From the NCBI GenBank assembly GCA_964016885.1, contig OZ024743.1, forward strand, positions 155,620,001 to 155,684,000: 64,000 nt of DNA, read 5' to 3'. The notes under the pieces are model-generated. The model saw only the letters and a list, made by a program, of their open reading frames with translations, searched no databases and had not been told where the DNA came from. Positions 1-14,520 of the stretch are shown here, one piece after another. Each line of letters starts with the position of its first letter. The stretch's first letter is position 1. Source of the DNA: Eledone cirrhosa (taxonomy: Eukaryota). Made by a program: the position numbers and the translations under genes.

Positions 1-1850
1 GGTGGTAGCTGAAGACCCCATATAGTACCACTTCTGACTACCTGATTCGATAGTATATTGGTATATGATGTTGCGTTCAAGACACTGATTGTTCAACGGA
101 CACATTCCTGGTTGGACACAGTTTCAGTTATAATTATGCGTTATTCTATTACCATGGATGGGTTGATGAGGTTGATTAGGCAGGACGGGATGTTGTTTGT
201 TGTTTTGTGATGTTATAGCCGATGTTTTACGTGTATTGTTATGTGTTGGAAGGCGTTTATACAACCGTGTTGCGTTAAGCTTTATATGTTGTTCAATATT
301 AGGGGCGGTTGAATATGAAAGTCGAATAGTGTTAGGTTTTAAGATTTTATTATATTTATGTGATGTTGGAAAATGTTTTTTAACTAATCGAAAGAATTGT
401 GAGGATAGATTGGTTTTAATAGAGTTGTTATAGACCGTGCTGTTCCATATACACTCTTTACATCGCCTTCTCTTCGGTGGTGTGCGACTATTAGTGTGTC
501 TATTGCGGTAGTGTATGTATGGTGGGGAATCTATGCTATGTCTACCCCTATGAGATTTATTTGGGGTGTTTCGGTGATCGTCGACTATATACTCTATATT
601 ATCTAGGTGTCCATCATTTCTATGTGTATCATCATAATATTCGGCATGTTCTTTTAAGGTTTGCTAGATGGGTGTTAGGCGGGTGATTCTAAGGGAAATA
701 TTTCTAGGGATGGATTTAATTATAGAGGGTGGATGGTTAGAAGCCGTATTTACATATTTAAGGTTCTCATTTAGTTTATGGAACGGTTTAATCGTTTCTG
801 TATTGAGATTAAAAGTAACATCAAGGAAATTAATCTCTTTGAGGTTATATTCAAATGTAATATTTAATCCTAGTTCCTTAAAAAAGCTTTCTAATATTTG
901 TACGCATCCTTTCTAAATTCTGGTTATTCATATGCTTAACTAATAGGAGCGCATCGTCACGGTAGAGTCCACCGTGGAGATCCTTGAATTTTCCTTGTAG
1001 TATGTGGGTGATATAAATTCCCACAAGATCAGTTACTTCCGCCTAATCTTGATATAAAAATGGAACCCATTGTTATATCAAGATTAGAAAGTCTATCTTT
1101 GCGAACCCAGTAGCTATCATCAAATTTAACAATGTTTTCCTCGCTTCCATAATAATAATAATTTCATCATCCGTAAGGTCGGAGTTAGCCTTAGCGAACG
1201 AAAGGGCTTCATGCAGAGTATCAGATGAGATTGAGGAATAATACTCATCAATATCGAACTGGATACATTTTGATTTCTTCTTATCAGTAATGCTATTAAA
1301 CCATCTTATTGCCTCATGGGTGTTACCCCATAGTTTAATATCTACTTTAGCCTTAACTTGGGGGATAATTATGTCTAATATATATATGCTAATTTTGCCT
1401 GTATTATATTTGGAGGGGCATATAAGTCTAATTTTAGGGTCAGTATCGACGTCTACCTTATGGTCCTTCATGTTGTAGTATGGTGTAGCTGGTGTTAAGT
1501 GTTGCGTTCTATCGTCAATACAAAGTTTTTTAACAGTTTCACATGCTGAGTTGTTGATGTTTCTAAGTGTAGCTTCATTATTTTTCTTGTATTTTTTATG
1601 CAATTACTTACGGATAAAGTTATTGTAAGTGTCCACATCCATGGTATATACGTTTGATGTTTTGCCTGCTCTAACACTAATTCCATTAGCGTTTTTTAGA
1701 TTATTGAGCAGTGCCGTGATGTCATTATGTAGTTCATTGTTTTTCCGGTTTGTAAATTTGATCTCCATGATCGTATCCATTAGGTCCTGTTCAAATGCAT
1801 CAAAAAGTGGGTTTGATAAAACATCAAAACCAGCGTTATGCAACAACACT
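1..1850 (-). mobile_element. Penelope-like element (PLE), degraded RT region, YRDD-type
   Basis: Minus-strand translation gives KIRLICPSK, QFDIDEYYSSIS (ORF 1073-1603), ITMGS..AEVTDLVGIY..GGLYRDDAL (~950-1075), INFLDVTFNL and YVNTASNHPPSIIKSIP (~710-850). These are PLE RT and thumb motifs, broken by frameshifts. Confidence 0.85.
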
Positions 1851-2839
1851 CTTAGACACAGCTTGGCAGCTGCGCGAAAATAACCAACAATTTAACCTAA
1901 AATGGGATATAATAGTGATTGACCCTGCATATTTCCAAGGACAGGAATTTTGTAAATTGTGTAATATGGAAATATTTTGTATTATGAAATCCAAAAATAT
2001 GTTATTACATAACAGAATAGAGCGATCGTTATTCTGTAACTATCGCTTGAAATCTACATTTTCATATTACAAACGCTACCAGGATTGAACGCCTGTCTCC
2101 ATCTCCGTTTGATTGTCAAAATATATATTAACATTCTCTATTAGTCTTAATTCTATCAACTCTTCTATTCTTTACCATTTAATATAAACTGCTATAGATA
2201 AAATGAGATTTCTTAATTCAATTCCCTAATGCATATACCAGCAGGCTACCAGCATTGTTGTTATACAGTAGCAGTGAAAATCTCTCTCTTCCTTACTTGA
2301 CACTTTATATCTGTATTAATACTACTACACTAAACGACCAGCCCTGTCCATTGTTCAATTGGTCAAACATAGATTAAAATAGGCACTCCCAAAATTTCTT
2401 ATTTAGATAAAATAAGCCATATACTCATTTTATTCTCATTAAAAACCTTCTATACACTTGTTTACCAGCAAATTGAATTGCCATCTGTCATATACTATCC
2501 CTTCTCTTCTTCCTTTCTTACAACTAATATAAATACTTTAATTTTTCTGATTTTTCCCAATTTATCCAACATCTCTGAAGAAGTGACAATTGATTATACA
2601 TTTGCCATCGAATACTTGCTAACATTATATGATTACGCAAGCAGCGATACATAGGTATTCCGTCTGTTAGAGAAACATATGTCAATACCTAATAAATTCC
2701 TTTATAAAAGCACTTTTAGTTTATATTCATATTTTCTACATTTTCTCCGGAATATAATTTATACTCGTTGAGCGAACTTACACGTACGCTGTTCATCTCT
2801 AACGTGACGATATATTATCACCACATTATTGTTGACTTG

Positions 2840-2845
<6 letters not shown>
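1851..2845 (+). mobile_element. PLE 3' end (C-terminus of GIY-YIG endonuclease plus pseudo-LTR), in opposite orientation to the adjacent RT
   Basis: ORF 1795-2088 ends LKWDII..PAY..CKLCNMEIFCI..NRIE..C, matching the end of the GIY-YIG ORF at 31356-32222 (WDIVGRAAPY..CELCLMELYHI). It is followed by a pyrimidine-rich pLTR-like tail ending at (TA)n. Confidence 0.7.
2570..2622 (+). ncRNA. Degenerate hammerhead ribozyme motif in PLE pLTR
   Basis: CTGAAGA (2575) is followed by an imperfect stem gtgacaa..ttgccat and GAATAC, a mutated GAAAC box. Confidence 0.4.

Positions 2846-2895
<50 letters not shown>
2843..2895. repeat. (TA)n microsatellite
   Basis: Direct reading. It is one of many (TA)n/(CA)n tracts, e.g. 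5358-5418, 5985-6022, 6578-6660, 8357-8428, 8745-8858, 22000-22122, 42485-42555, 47422-47476, 53538-53602, 55550-55610, 56626-56683. Confidence 0.95.
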
Positions 2896-2897
<2 letters not shown>

Positions 2898-3618
2898 GTG
2901 CGTTCTATCTTGTTATTTAGTAATGTATTATTATATTGTATAATAGGGAGTAATTCCATATTACATAATTTGCCCTGGGACATCCGGCGTGTGTTAGCCC
3001 TGGCATTAGATAATTTAGATCAAATTATTTAGTATTTTTGTTTGTTATCCTCAAGCGGCCAGATTTTATTGGCCAATATATTGTCGACACAAATACGCAA
3101 GCACATTCATGATTTACATCCCAAAACAGACGGGATTCCATTCAATACCCTAACCACTGTTTATATAAAACACTACAATTTCCCAGACTTATAACATTTG
3201 AAAACTAGGTGCCACTAGATAGTCTAAAATATCTCTTATCACCATAAAAGAGCTCCACATTACCTAACTATTATATATTAATCTGCAAACAACCATTTAT
3301 CTACCACTAATCGCAATAAAGCAATAAAACCAGGATTATCAAAGTACGTAACAAAGCATTGCGCCCATTAATCCAAATGCATCTAAGGACAAACACTTAA
3401 CCAATCAGATGCAAGAGAAGCTGACAATCTAAAGACACACCTACATTGGATAAGAGATATATCTTAGTATACCGCCCTATATTCTTCTCTCTTCCTCGCT
3501 TATGCTATCAGTTAATTAGTATAGCTTTTGTTTTATAACATATATTTTATACATTCTTCACTTTTATTAGCATATTATTTGATCTTTTAATACCCATCAG
3601 ACATGTAAACCCCTAAGA

Positions 3619-5158
3619 TATACAGTAGGTTTTATTCTAGGTATTAACATATGTTTCATTGTTTAGTTCGTAATCGATTGCGTCTTATAACCGGCATCCA
3701 CAATGTTATTGTGAAATTAGATTTTCGATATTGCTTAACACCAGGCAAATTACACCGTGTAACAAAAAAAAATGTATTTTCTCTGTTCCTGGCTTGTAAT
3801 CACTTTTTTTGTTTTGCTTAGGTCCAACATAAATTAAGAAAAGTGCTATTAAACATTTAAAAGTTTGGGTTTGTAAACCGTTCCATAAAATAAATGAGAA
3901 CCTTATATATGAAATCATTGGAGACTTCAAGATGGTGGCTTTCTTGCTTGGACTCCAAGGAGGCTTTATCAAATTCCAATGCTTCCTCTGTCTTTGGGAC
4001 AGCAGATCCACCTCTGACTACTACAAAAGAAAGAACTGGGAGCAGCGAACAGAATGTGTAGTTGGGACACGGAACGTCATGTGGGAGCCACTGTTTGATC
4101 CCAGGATTGTGCTCATGCCTCCACTGTACATTAAGTTGGGCTTGATGAAGCGGCTTGTGACGGCTCTCAACGAAGAATCAGCCGCTTTTAAGTACCATCT
4201 TGAGTTCTTCCCCAAGTTATCTAAGGCCAAAATCAAAGGTGGAATTTTTGTTGGACCTCTGATAAAGAAGGGGTTTCAGTCTTACGAGTTCTCCAATAAG
4301 CTCAGTAGTATTGAGAGAACAACATGGACTGTTTCAAGGCAGTTGTTAAGGGCTTTCTGGGCGACTACAGAGCTGAAAATTACCAGCAACTGGTGCAGGA
4401 TCAGATAAAGGCTTTTGGCGCAATGGAATGCCGCATGTCGCTTAAACTCCATTTGCCGGACGCTCACCTGGAAAAATTCATGTACAATATGGGCGCCAAC
4501 TTATAAGAACAAGGCGAACGATTCCACCGAGATGCGAAAGAAATAGAGCGAAGGTACCAGGGCCACTACAAGGAAAAAAAATGATGGGGGACTATATATG
4601 GGGGCTAGTGCGGGAATGCGACCTGGACTACAACCGCAAATCCAGGAAATCCAGTCATTTCTGACGTGTATAAGTTGCTTTATAAGTGTTATTTGTTTTT
4701 ACTTGTTTGTTCTTGATAAGCTTGTGTAATAAAATAAATATATTATCTGTTGATTTTATTATATGAACTGATAAATTTTAATAAATGTGTTTTTTCTTGA
4801 AAAATACGAAAATTTCGAAATATCAAACTCCTGAACACAAACGCAAACTTCTGATTAAATAATAGTGTTTTCTTTTATAATAATGGGAAACCAGGAAATG
4901 ACAACACTTAGAACCGGGGTGTTATCAATGGACTGTTTGGATTGAGCGCTACAACGTATTTTTTACTAAGTAATATATTACTGAGTAAAAAATACGTTGT
5001 AGCGCTCAGGGCAAACAGTCCTTTGATAATTTGCCTGGTGTAGCAGTATCGAAAATCGAATTTCACAATAACATTGTGGATGCCGGTTATCAGACGCAAT
5101 CGATTACGAACTACACAATGAAACATATATTAATACCTGGAATAAAATCTACTGTATA
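3619..5158. repeat. ~185-bp-arm palindrome (centre 4975/4976) whose left arm is split by a Chapaev3 insertion
   Basis: 3619-3752 joined to 4925-4975 is the reverse complement of 4976-5158 (e.g. GTTCGTAATCGATTGCGTC vs GACGCAATCGATTACGAAC; GAGCGCTACAACGTATTTTTTACT vs AGTAAAAAATACGTTGTAGCGCTC). Confidence 0.9.
3753..4921 (+). mobile_element. Chapaev3-type (CMC superfamily) DNA transposon, internally deleted
   Basis: Termini are CACCG..GGGGTG with a TTA target duplication (3750-52 / 4922-24). Transposase motifs: IIGDFKMVAFLLGLQGGF..CFLCLWDSR, LMPPLYIKLGLMK, GIFVGP, RMSLKLH, EQGERFH..ERRYQG, MMGDYIWGL. Contains frameshifts and stops. Confidence 0.85.
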
Positions 5159-5380
5159 GCTTATCCGTGTTAATCGTCATTCATTCGTTATTAATACTCC
5201 AGGAACTGCCTACCTTGGAACTCTCCCAAATCGGCCATCCGAACGCCACAAATAAGTAAACATCTTGTCAACCAACGCCACACATTAGACTCCTCCACGA
5301 TATAGATTACTCGTAACCTCTCCTTGGATAACCTTAAACGACAACTCGTTTACTCTGATATATATATATATATATATATA

Positions 5381-5417
<37 letters not shown>

Positions 5418-5502
5418 GTAATAATAATAAATTTGAAGACTAAAATCAAAAGAGGGCTCGATAAGGATAAAAATATATCAAATATATAAGAACAAATATA
5501 TA

Positions 5503-5981
5503 AGCCGTACTAACAGTGGGAAATGAAATTTCGTTTCATTTTTTCCGTTTATCGTTTTCGGTGCACCCGGCCGATTAACCCACACGATATGCAAATTGGG
5601 CTACTCACCCGTTAATATGCATAAGGTAAGTATATACGTTCAACAAGCTGGCAGGAAGGTATACGTTGCTGACGATAGCTAATAAGCTTGAAACTAGTAC
5701 ACCGTTCCTTGGTCAGTGTTGAACAAACGAGCATCGATGGTTGCTAGACACTACGGCTTAATACGGGTTGTTTGTTTACAAACACACCGAGCATTCTAAT
5801 AAATTTTCGGTTAATCCATACGTACATATATATATATATATATATATGTGTGCATGTATGTATATAGATATACATACTACTGTACGTCTGTATACATATA
5901 TGTATGTACGTGTACGTATTTATATTTAAGTAACAGCCGTACTAAGAGTGGGAAATGAAATTTCGTTTCATTTTTTCCGTT

Positions 5982-5983
<2 letters not shown>
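5503..5983 (+). mobile_element. Short non-coding HHR-bearing repeat unit (PLE pLTR-derived or retrozyme-like) with ~49-bp direct terminal repeat
   Basis: AGCCGTACTAA(C/G)AGTGGGAAATGAAATTTCGTTTCATTTTTTCCGTTTA occurs at 5503 and 5935 (432-bp period). Related copies lie at 42184-42447 and 55605-55945. Confidence 0.7.
5655..5712 (+). ncRNA. Minimal type-I hammerhead ribozyme, core intact
   Basis: acgttg-CTGACGA-t-AGCT-aata-AGCT-t-GAAAC-TA-GTA-caccgt. It has the CUGANGA and GAAA boxes, stem II, a palindromic short stem III (ACTAGT), a GUA cleavage triplet and stem I (one mismatch). Confidence 0.7.
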
Positions 5984-6019
<36 letters not shown>

Positions 6020-6027
<8 letters not shown>

Positions 6028-6540
6028 TGGATTGGGAATGAGAAGAAACGAGGGTGGGGATTTGTCCTCATCAGTGGTCTACTGGGGGTCTCGGATATTT
6101 CTACGCTTTAAAGACAAGATATCTACCCCCCCAGGGAGTCAATGACTGCATGGGTATTTGGGAAACGGAGGAGGAAGGGAAGGAAAACAAAAGGAAAAAA
6201 TGAGAAAACAGTGAAAAAACACCTAAAAAAACAACAAACCGAGCAATGTTGCGAGCAACATAAGGTAAGAAAATCCAAGACCACACGATAAGATAACTTA
6301 ACTTCAAGACTGAGTGGTTGAGAGAAAAACAACACACATCTAATCCCAGCAGTTGTAAGTAAGAAAAGAACTACTACAGGTCAGGTGAGAGGGTGAGATG
6401 GAGAAAGGGAGAGGAAGAAAGAGGGTGAGAGAAGAAAGTAACGAAATATGTAGGTAGAAGGGACTCCCAGTAGACAACTGATTAGGACAACTTCCTCCCT
6501 CCGTTCTTGCTTTCTTCTTATTCCCACTTCATTTTAATAT
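6020..6540. repeat. Inverted pair of pLTR-like segments (6020-6090 / 6463-6540) between (TA)n tracts
   Basis: TTGTCCTCATCAGTGGTCTACTGGG pairs with CCCAGTAGACAACTGATTAGGACAA, and ATTAAAATG..GGGAAT pairs with ATTCCC..CATTTTAAT. A CTGATGA box is present on the minus strand. Confidence 0.7.
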
Positions 6541-6575
6541 ACCGTAAATAACAACTACACAGCCATTTCTATTCT

Positions 6576-6620
<45 letters not shown>

Positions 6621-6659
6621 CGTGTGTGTGTGTGTGTGTGCACGTGTGTGTGTGTGTGT

Positions 6660-7450
6660 ATACATTGATGGTGAACATGGAGAATGTAGGAATAAATCCA
6701 TAAAAGATTTACAGTGTATCGCTTTACCAGGCGCTTATACATGTGGGACGTTATGAAACGGCTTGAGAAGTTCAAATGTCCGTGAAATATGCCCAACCTA
6801 CAAAGGCATATCCTTTTCCACATAAGCTGCCGAAAATCAATCTTGGGCATCTACTGGTTCTCGCATGTTCCAGACACAGATTTACTGTATAACGCTGATA
6901 CACTTAGTATAAAATCGTTGATGCACAGGCCATGCATTCGCATAGCAGGACATCTGATACGGATGCACAATAGTCGTATCCACAAGCAGATGTTTTACGG
7001 AGAGCTGGCTGAAGGAAAATGTCATCAGCAAAAACACAACTAGTGCTTCAAGGACTGTTGTTTCAAGGACTAAATGTGGCAACTTGATATAGGCCTTCAC
7101 GACAGGGAAATGGAAGTTGGCGACTGAAAAAATGAAGTAGAAAAAAGGATAACGGATGGCGATCTTTTATGCTAAGAAAATAAACTTGTCAAGGCCAAGC
7201 GAACTGTCCGTAAGTGATAGAAACTAAACCCAACGGTTACTTAATTGTTTTGCCATGAGTGTGGCCGAACACACCTGCCTAGCACAGGATTTCAAAGGTA
7301 CCGCACGAATCACAGTCACAACCTGCCAACAGAGTATGCCAAGTTTATTTTTGCAGACCCACTCACTTGTGATGTATGCGTCAGAATATTCAAGTGCAAC
7401 TCTGATCTCACAAGACACTTAAATATCCATAAAGATCTTCCAGTGTAGAG
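6660..7450 (+). mobile_element. RTE (BovB-like) LINE 3' remnant with C-terminal C2H2-like fingers
   Basis: FHISCRKSILGIYW..VPDTDLL..GHLIRM..RIHKQMFYGELAEGK..FKD is a typical RTE C-terminus. It is followed by CHECGR..H and CDVCVRIFK..LTRHLNIH (ORF 7245-7448). Confidence 0.7.
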
Positions 7451-8188
7451 ACCCAACCATTAGGTTGTAAATATAGATTCGGATTTAGTTTTAGACTTTC
7501 TGACAAACTCCGAACATCTCTTACCCTCTTCCCACATTAGTGGATTCCCAAATTGCTGATTGCGCGAGTTCTTATATGTGTAGGTTATGGTGTACCGGCA
7601 AAAATATAATCCGGTTTAAACAGTGAAAAAGCACTCAACATCGGTCGTACATATACAGCAATGTGTTAATGATTAAACTCTAGGAAGTTTCCATATACGA
7701 AATAATGTTCAAAAATAGATTGCATTCACATAATTGCATTCATAACATTATACGTATTTCAATGACATGTTTTCGTAGATATTATGTAATAGTTATATCA
7801 TTTGCTGGCAAGAGGGTGATAATATCGTAAGCTAATACAATTACTTGAAGAGGTTATGTTTGTTGGTTGATATGCCGCAGATAATTTAGTACCATCCTGT
7901 GAATCGAGGGAACGTAACTGATGAGGGATAATATTGTAATCATTACATAATAACAATACACCATGGAAATATGTATAATGCAATACTTACAGTTATGTAA
8001 ACACAACTTGTCTTAACACACATACGCATACACACACACACATACACTCACACACATATATATATATATAAAGAATTAATATCTAGTAACATATATATAC
8101 ATACAGATGCATATCAATGCTAGCAAATATATAGGTTTTGTCTTAGTAACATTGTGGTTCAATGCATGGGGTTGCAGAACAATAATAT

Positions 8189-8349
8189 GAGAGACGTAAA
8201 ATAAGAAAATTATAAAATTAACTTACTTACTAAAATATCACTTCCAACTAATTAGTTTCTGGAATGGAGTAAATATATTTTCCGAAGAAGATATGGAGCA
8301 ACATTCCGTCGTCAGGGAACTAATTTTATAATTTTCTTATTTTACGTCT

Positions 8350-8351
<2 letters not shown>
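8189..8351. repeat. Mini fold-back: ~31-bp inverted ends around an HHR-like core on the minus strand
   Basis: GAGACGTAAAATAAGAAAATTATAAAATTA pairs with TAATTTTATAATTTTCTTATTTTACGTCTC. The minus strand reads CTGACGA-cggaa..ttcg-GAAA at ~8278-8315. Confidence 0.7.
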
Positions 8352-8428
<77 letters not shown>

Positions 8429-8743
8429 GGAACAGTATTATATGGAATGAATATATTAGTTAACGCTTGAAATGGCAGAAAGCGGGTCTTAAGATTTCGG
8501 ACGCATGGTCTTCATCTGAAGAAATAATGAGAAATCAGAAAGATCGAAGGGACGAGCTGGAAGGGATCGAAAAAAAATGTTATATACATAAATATATGTG
8601 TGTTGGAATTTATTATTTCAGAAGAAATACGCTGTTTAAAATAAACATTTCGAGAGCCTTATTTGTTCTAAAATATGAATTTCCAATACATATGTGTATA
8701 CAGCTATGCTTGAAGCTATATTGTAGTTCTCTCGCTGTAACTG

Positions 8744-10675
<1,932 letters not shown>

Positions 10676-10727
<52 letters not shown>

Positions 10728-10733
10728 ATTATT
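10676..10733. repeat. (TTA)n microsatellite
   Basis: Direct reading. Confidence 0.95.
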
Positions 10734-12399
10734 ATGTGTGTGTGTGCATGTGTGTGTATGTATGTGTGAGTGTGTGTGGTTAGATCCAATTACATAAATA
10801 CACCGAAGTGTTTTTTGTGCTTGTTTAGTTACATATCTATTAATATATGCTGTAAAATGGCACTAAATTTCTAAAAAGAAGTAATGGATAATCAATCATA
10901 TGTAAATATAATGTAATGGCATTCCATAAGAAGGTCGAAAAATGCAAATAATTTATTATATATTATTACCAAAAGAGAGAAAATATGTCTGAATGTCTAC
11001 AGAAGAACACAACTATTCATATCATGATCGGATTTGAAAGACTCATGTCATTAGTAGACGAAATATCCTTCCCCAGTGTTACAATATTATATTATGAGAA
11101 TAAGTAATAAAATAAAAGTACTTCTGTCCTTATTTAAATGCCATTTATTCTACCTAATCAATTTCAGCCTACGTTAATCGTTTGTATTTTTTTCTGAGAG
11201 GATTGTGGAACGGACTCTTATATCTAAAACAAACATTACATTATTACAGACATAAATGTTGAGTGTAAAATAAAGTGTATTCAATGCTGCTCTAAATATC
11301 ATTTTGTAATTTAACAATGGTAAATGAAATCAAAAATATCTTTCATTTCCTCTTTGCTTTTCGTTACATTGCTACATCTATTCTACACCAATTCTATAGG
11401 GAAAGGCTCAATCATAACTTGAATTGATGCAACGAAAATCTTGTCAAGTGTCCAAATTGTGCTTGAAGTAGAAAAGCCCTTGTCTCTGAATGAGTGTAAG
11501 GTACAGTAGAAGAGTTATTTGACAATAGATACAAAAGGCAATCGCCTAGAATAAGATTTGTATATCAGTGACATATCGATAGCGAAATCTAATCATAATC
11601 AAATTTATTTCAATGAATATGTTAGTTCTTTAGGAGGAAACACATTGTTATTGTGGGTACAATATTATAATATACACAGGTTTCAATGACATTTTATTAA
11701 TTACATTAGTTTTATCAGCCGAGAATGTACTAATGTCTAATTAGAAAATGTTTGTATGGGGAAATATACTTAAAGTTCGAATTATGAGGATGGTAGGTCG
11801 TAATGCTTTAACATAATTTCAAGAACAGAAGAGTTGAAGCGGGATTGGTGTAATAGATAGAAGATGATTATCGGTGACGGTTGCATATATGGTGCTAATG
11901 ATGAAATTGTTGTCGCATATGTGGTAGCTTTTCATTCTGCTCATAGTATTTTGTATATGTTAATATTGATGATAAAAGTGATTAAAACGATCATGGTGGT
12001 TGTGGTGATGATGTTAAAGGGTGTTATGTTATTGATGAAATGTTAATATTCTTTGCCTAGAAACACATCGCACAGGTGTTACACTATAAGGCATTGTTCA
12101 ATAGTACATCAAATATAAACTCAGAGCAACTTAAGTAGAATAAACTTTAATAAAGGACCAGTGTGTCCAACGTGACACTACTTCACAATTTCACCTGTCA
12201 TTGCATCTTAATGCGAGGGAAAGTAGTGTTATAATAAGCATCAACATTACACTGAGGTATTTGTTAGGAAAGTGATTGTTCACTAAACCAATCATTAAAT
12301 CTCGTAGGAATACATTGAGTTAGAAGTTACATTTATGAATAGCTTCCCTGGATTACAGAGGTGGAAGTATTTCCAATATCGTTATCAACAGCATTGCCA

Positions 12400-12452
12400 T
12401 GATTCTTATAATTATTAATATTATCATTTTCCTTACCCCTCTCCTCCTCATT

Positions 12453-12484
<32 letters not shown>

Positions 12485-12665
12485 AATCATCATAATCATC
12501 ATAATAGCCATCATCATTATCAGCACCGTCCTCAATATCATAACCATCATCATTACCCTCAATACCGTTAAAATTGTCCTCTTCCTCCTCCTTCTCCTGC
12601 TATCATCATCATCATCAAATCATCGCCGACAGCCTCATCGATATCATTATAACTATTATAATCTC
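12400..12665. repeat. Degenerate (ATC)n trinucleotide tract
   Basis: Direct reading. It produces the spurious poly-I and poly-M ORFs. Confidence 0.9.
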
Positions 12666-14029
12666 ACATACTTCAGTCAATCTTAATATTATAAATAAAC
12701 ATTTAAAAGACGATTAGACATGTTAAGAACTTTGGATAGATATCAACAGTGAGAATGAAATACATTCCTTGGAATATATAGCTGTATTTTTCAAATTTTG
12801 CAAGGTATTTTCGATCAGAAGTAAACTTGCTTAATTTTAAGAGAATGAACTGATCCTATTATAACATGCACTGTGCTAAACATAGTTATCATTGTACCTT
12901 TTTTACTGCTGTATGTTTATTTGTGTAGTCTTCTATGGATAGTATAATTCCTCTAAATGTATTTGCATCTCGTTGGATAGCAACAATTTACTGTGCACTT
13001 TACTACATTTTATTATTGCTAACCATTAACATTGTATGTAAATCATATCTCCAAACAGGCAGACCGATATGAAACAGAATTTGCTTGTTGCAGCTAATTT
13101 CAAAAAAAGATCCCATGATCTGTCTTCTAAAATCTTAGTTTGAGTGATATACATTGTACCATGTGGTATTATTTGTGTTCAGGTGATATTAGTTTTCGAG
13201 AGAAACAGTTATGAAGGAATGAAACTCAATTATTGTATAGTAGAAATATTTGGTCACACATTTAGTGAATTACATATCTGAAAAAAGAATTATAAACTTA
13301 ACACACTAAATATATTATGCTTCTCTATGTTCTAGAATAGTTCTACAGACTATATTGTACGAAGTGATTTTTTTATAATTTAGTATATACGGAAGGTGAT
13401 TCACTTTTAACTGTTGCAGATATCCCCATGGATTTTACTTCGATCAGGTGATATTTTGCTTTAGTGTCAGATTCACGTATGGAAACTGAGAGCGGGAAAA
13501 AAAGGTTAGTAAGTTGAAGTGATAGAAATATAGTCGCTTGGAAAGTGATTTTTACTGGAGTTTCAAATATAGAAATTTGGATTAATCAAGTAATATGCAG
13601 AGTGCTGATTCGAATGTATAGCATCTATAATTGCAGACAGAGGAACTATTTCAGCAACCTCGACAGCAGTACCACCAGCATAATTTTAATGAACTACGTA
13701 GATTTAACTACAACAAAAACGATTACTGTGATGAAAAGTCAGATATTTAATAATTAAATATTAGATGAACCATCATAATTTGGAAGGTATATAATAATTT
13801 AGTGATGTATCAGCTCTCCCCCAAATGATCTAATTTCGTTTCCTCGTACGGGAAGTATTACGTTAGGAAGTCGAACTTAGATGACAGAATATATTCATAT
13901 ATTTTTTCTGCATACATGTTCCTTTCATCAATTTCGATAGATAGGTCAATTGCTGTTTTTTCAGGCAACGTGTGATGTGCTGTACTAACTAACTACTTGT
14001 CACATTTTCATTTGGCCTGATACTGCCAA

Positions 14030-14520
14030 ATGATTCCGAGTTACTGAATACCGTGACTATTGCTGATGAGAAGTGCATGTCTATGTAACAATCGAAAATC
14101 AATGTTTAATCATCGCATGGGAAGGATCCAGCGTCCAATAAATAATAGCCTTGTGCATAATGAATTCAAATACAAACAGATTCAAATGAGTGCCATCAGA
14201 AAATTTTCCGACGTCACTATGCTGCAGTTCATAGTATGACACAACATTTCTGGGTCTCACAAAACCGGCAGCTGCATTATTCGTGACATTTGATCCCCGC
14301 TAACTTGGCAAAATCAAGCATTAATCGCACTCACATGGCTCCCTACTTTCCAGACATGGTTCCATCGAACCTGGGATTTTTGCAAAAAAACAAAAACATT
14401 TACAAGATAAATGTATAACAGCGATGGCACTGCAGAGAGCTAGTATTGATGTAGCATTCCAATCACGCCTCGAGCAGTGGGGAGATCACTGTGGTGCTGA
14501 AATGTCATCTTTTGAGCACC
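14030..14520 (+). mobile_element. Mariner (Tc1/mariner DD34D-type) transposase relic
   Basis: LLNTVTIADEKCMS resembles FL.RIVTGDEKW. HMAPYFPDMVPSNLGF resembles HPPYSPDLAPSDF. RLEQWGDHCGAEMSSFE resembles RW.KC..GDYFE. Heavily mutated, and no TIRs were seen. Confidence 0.65.
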
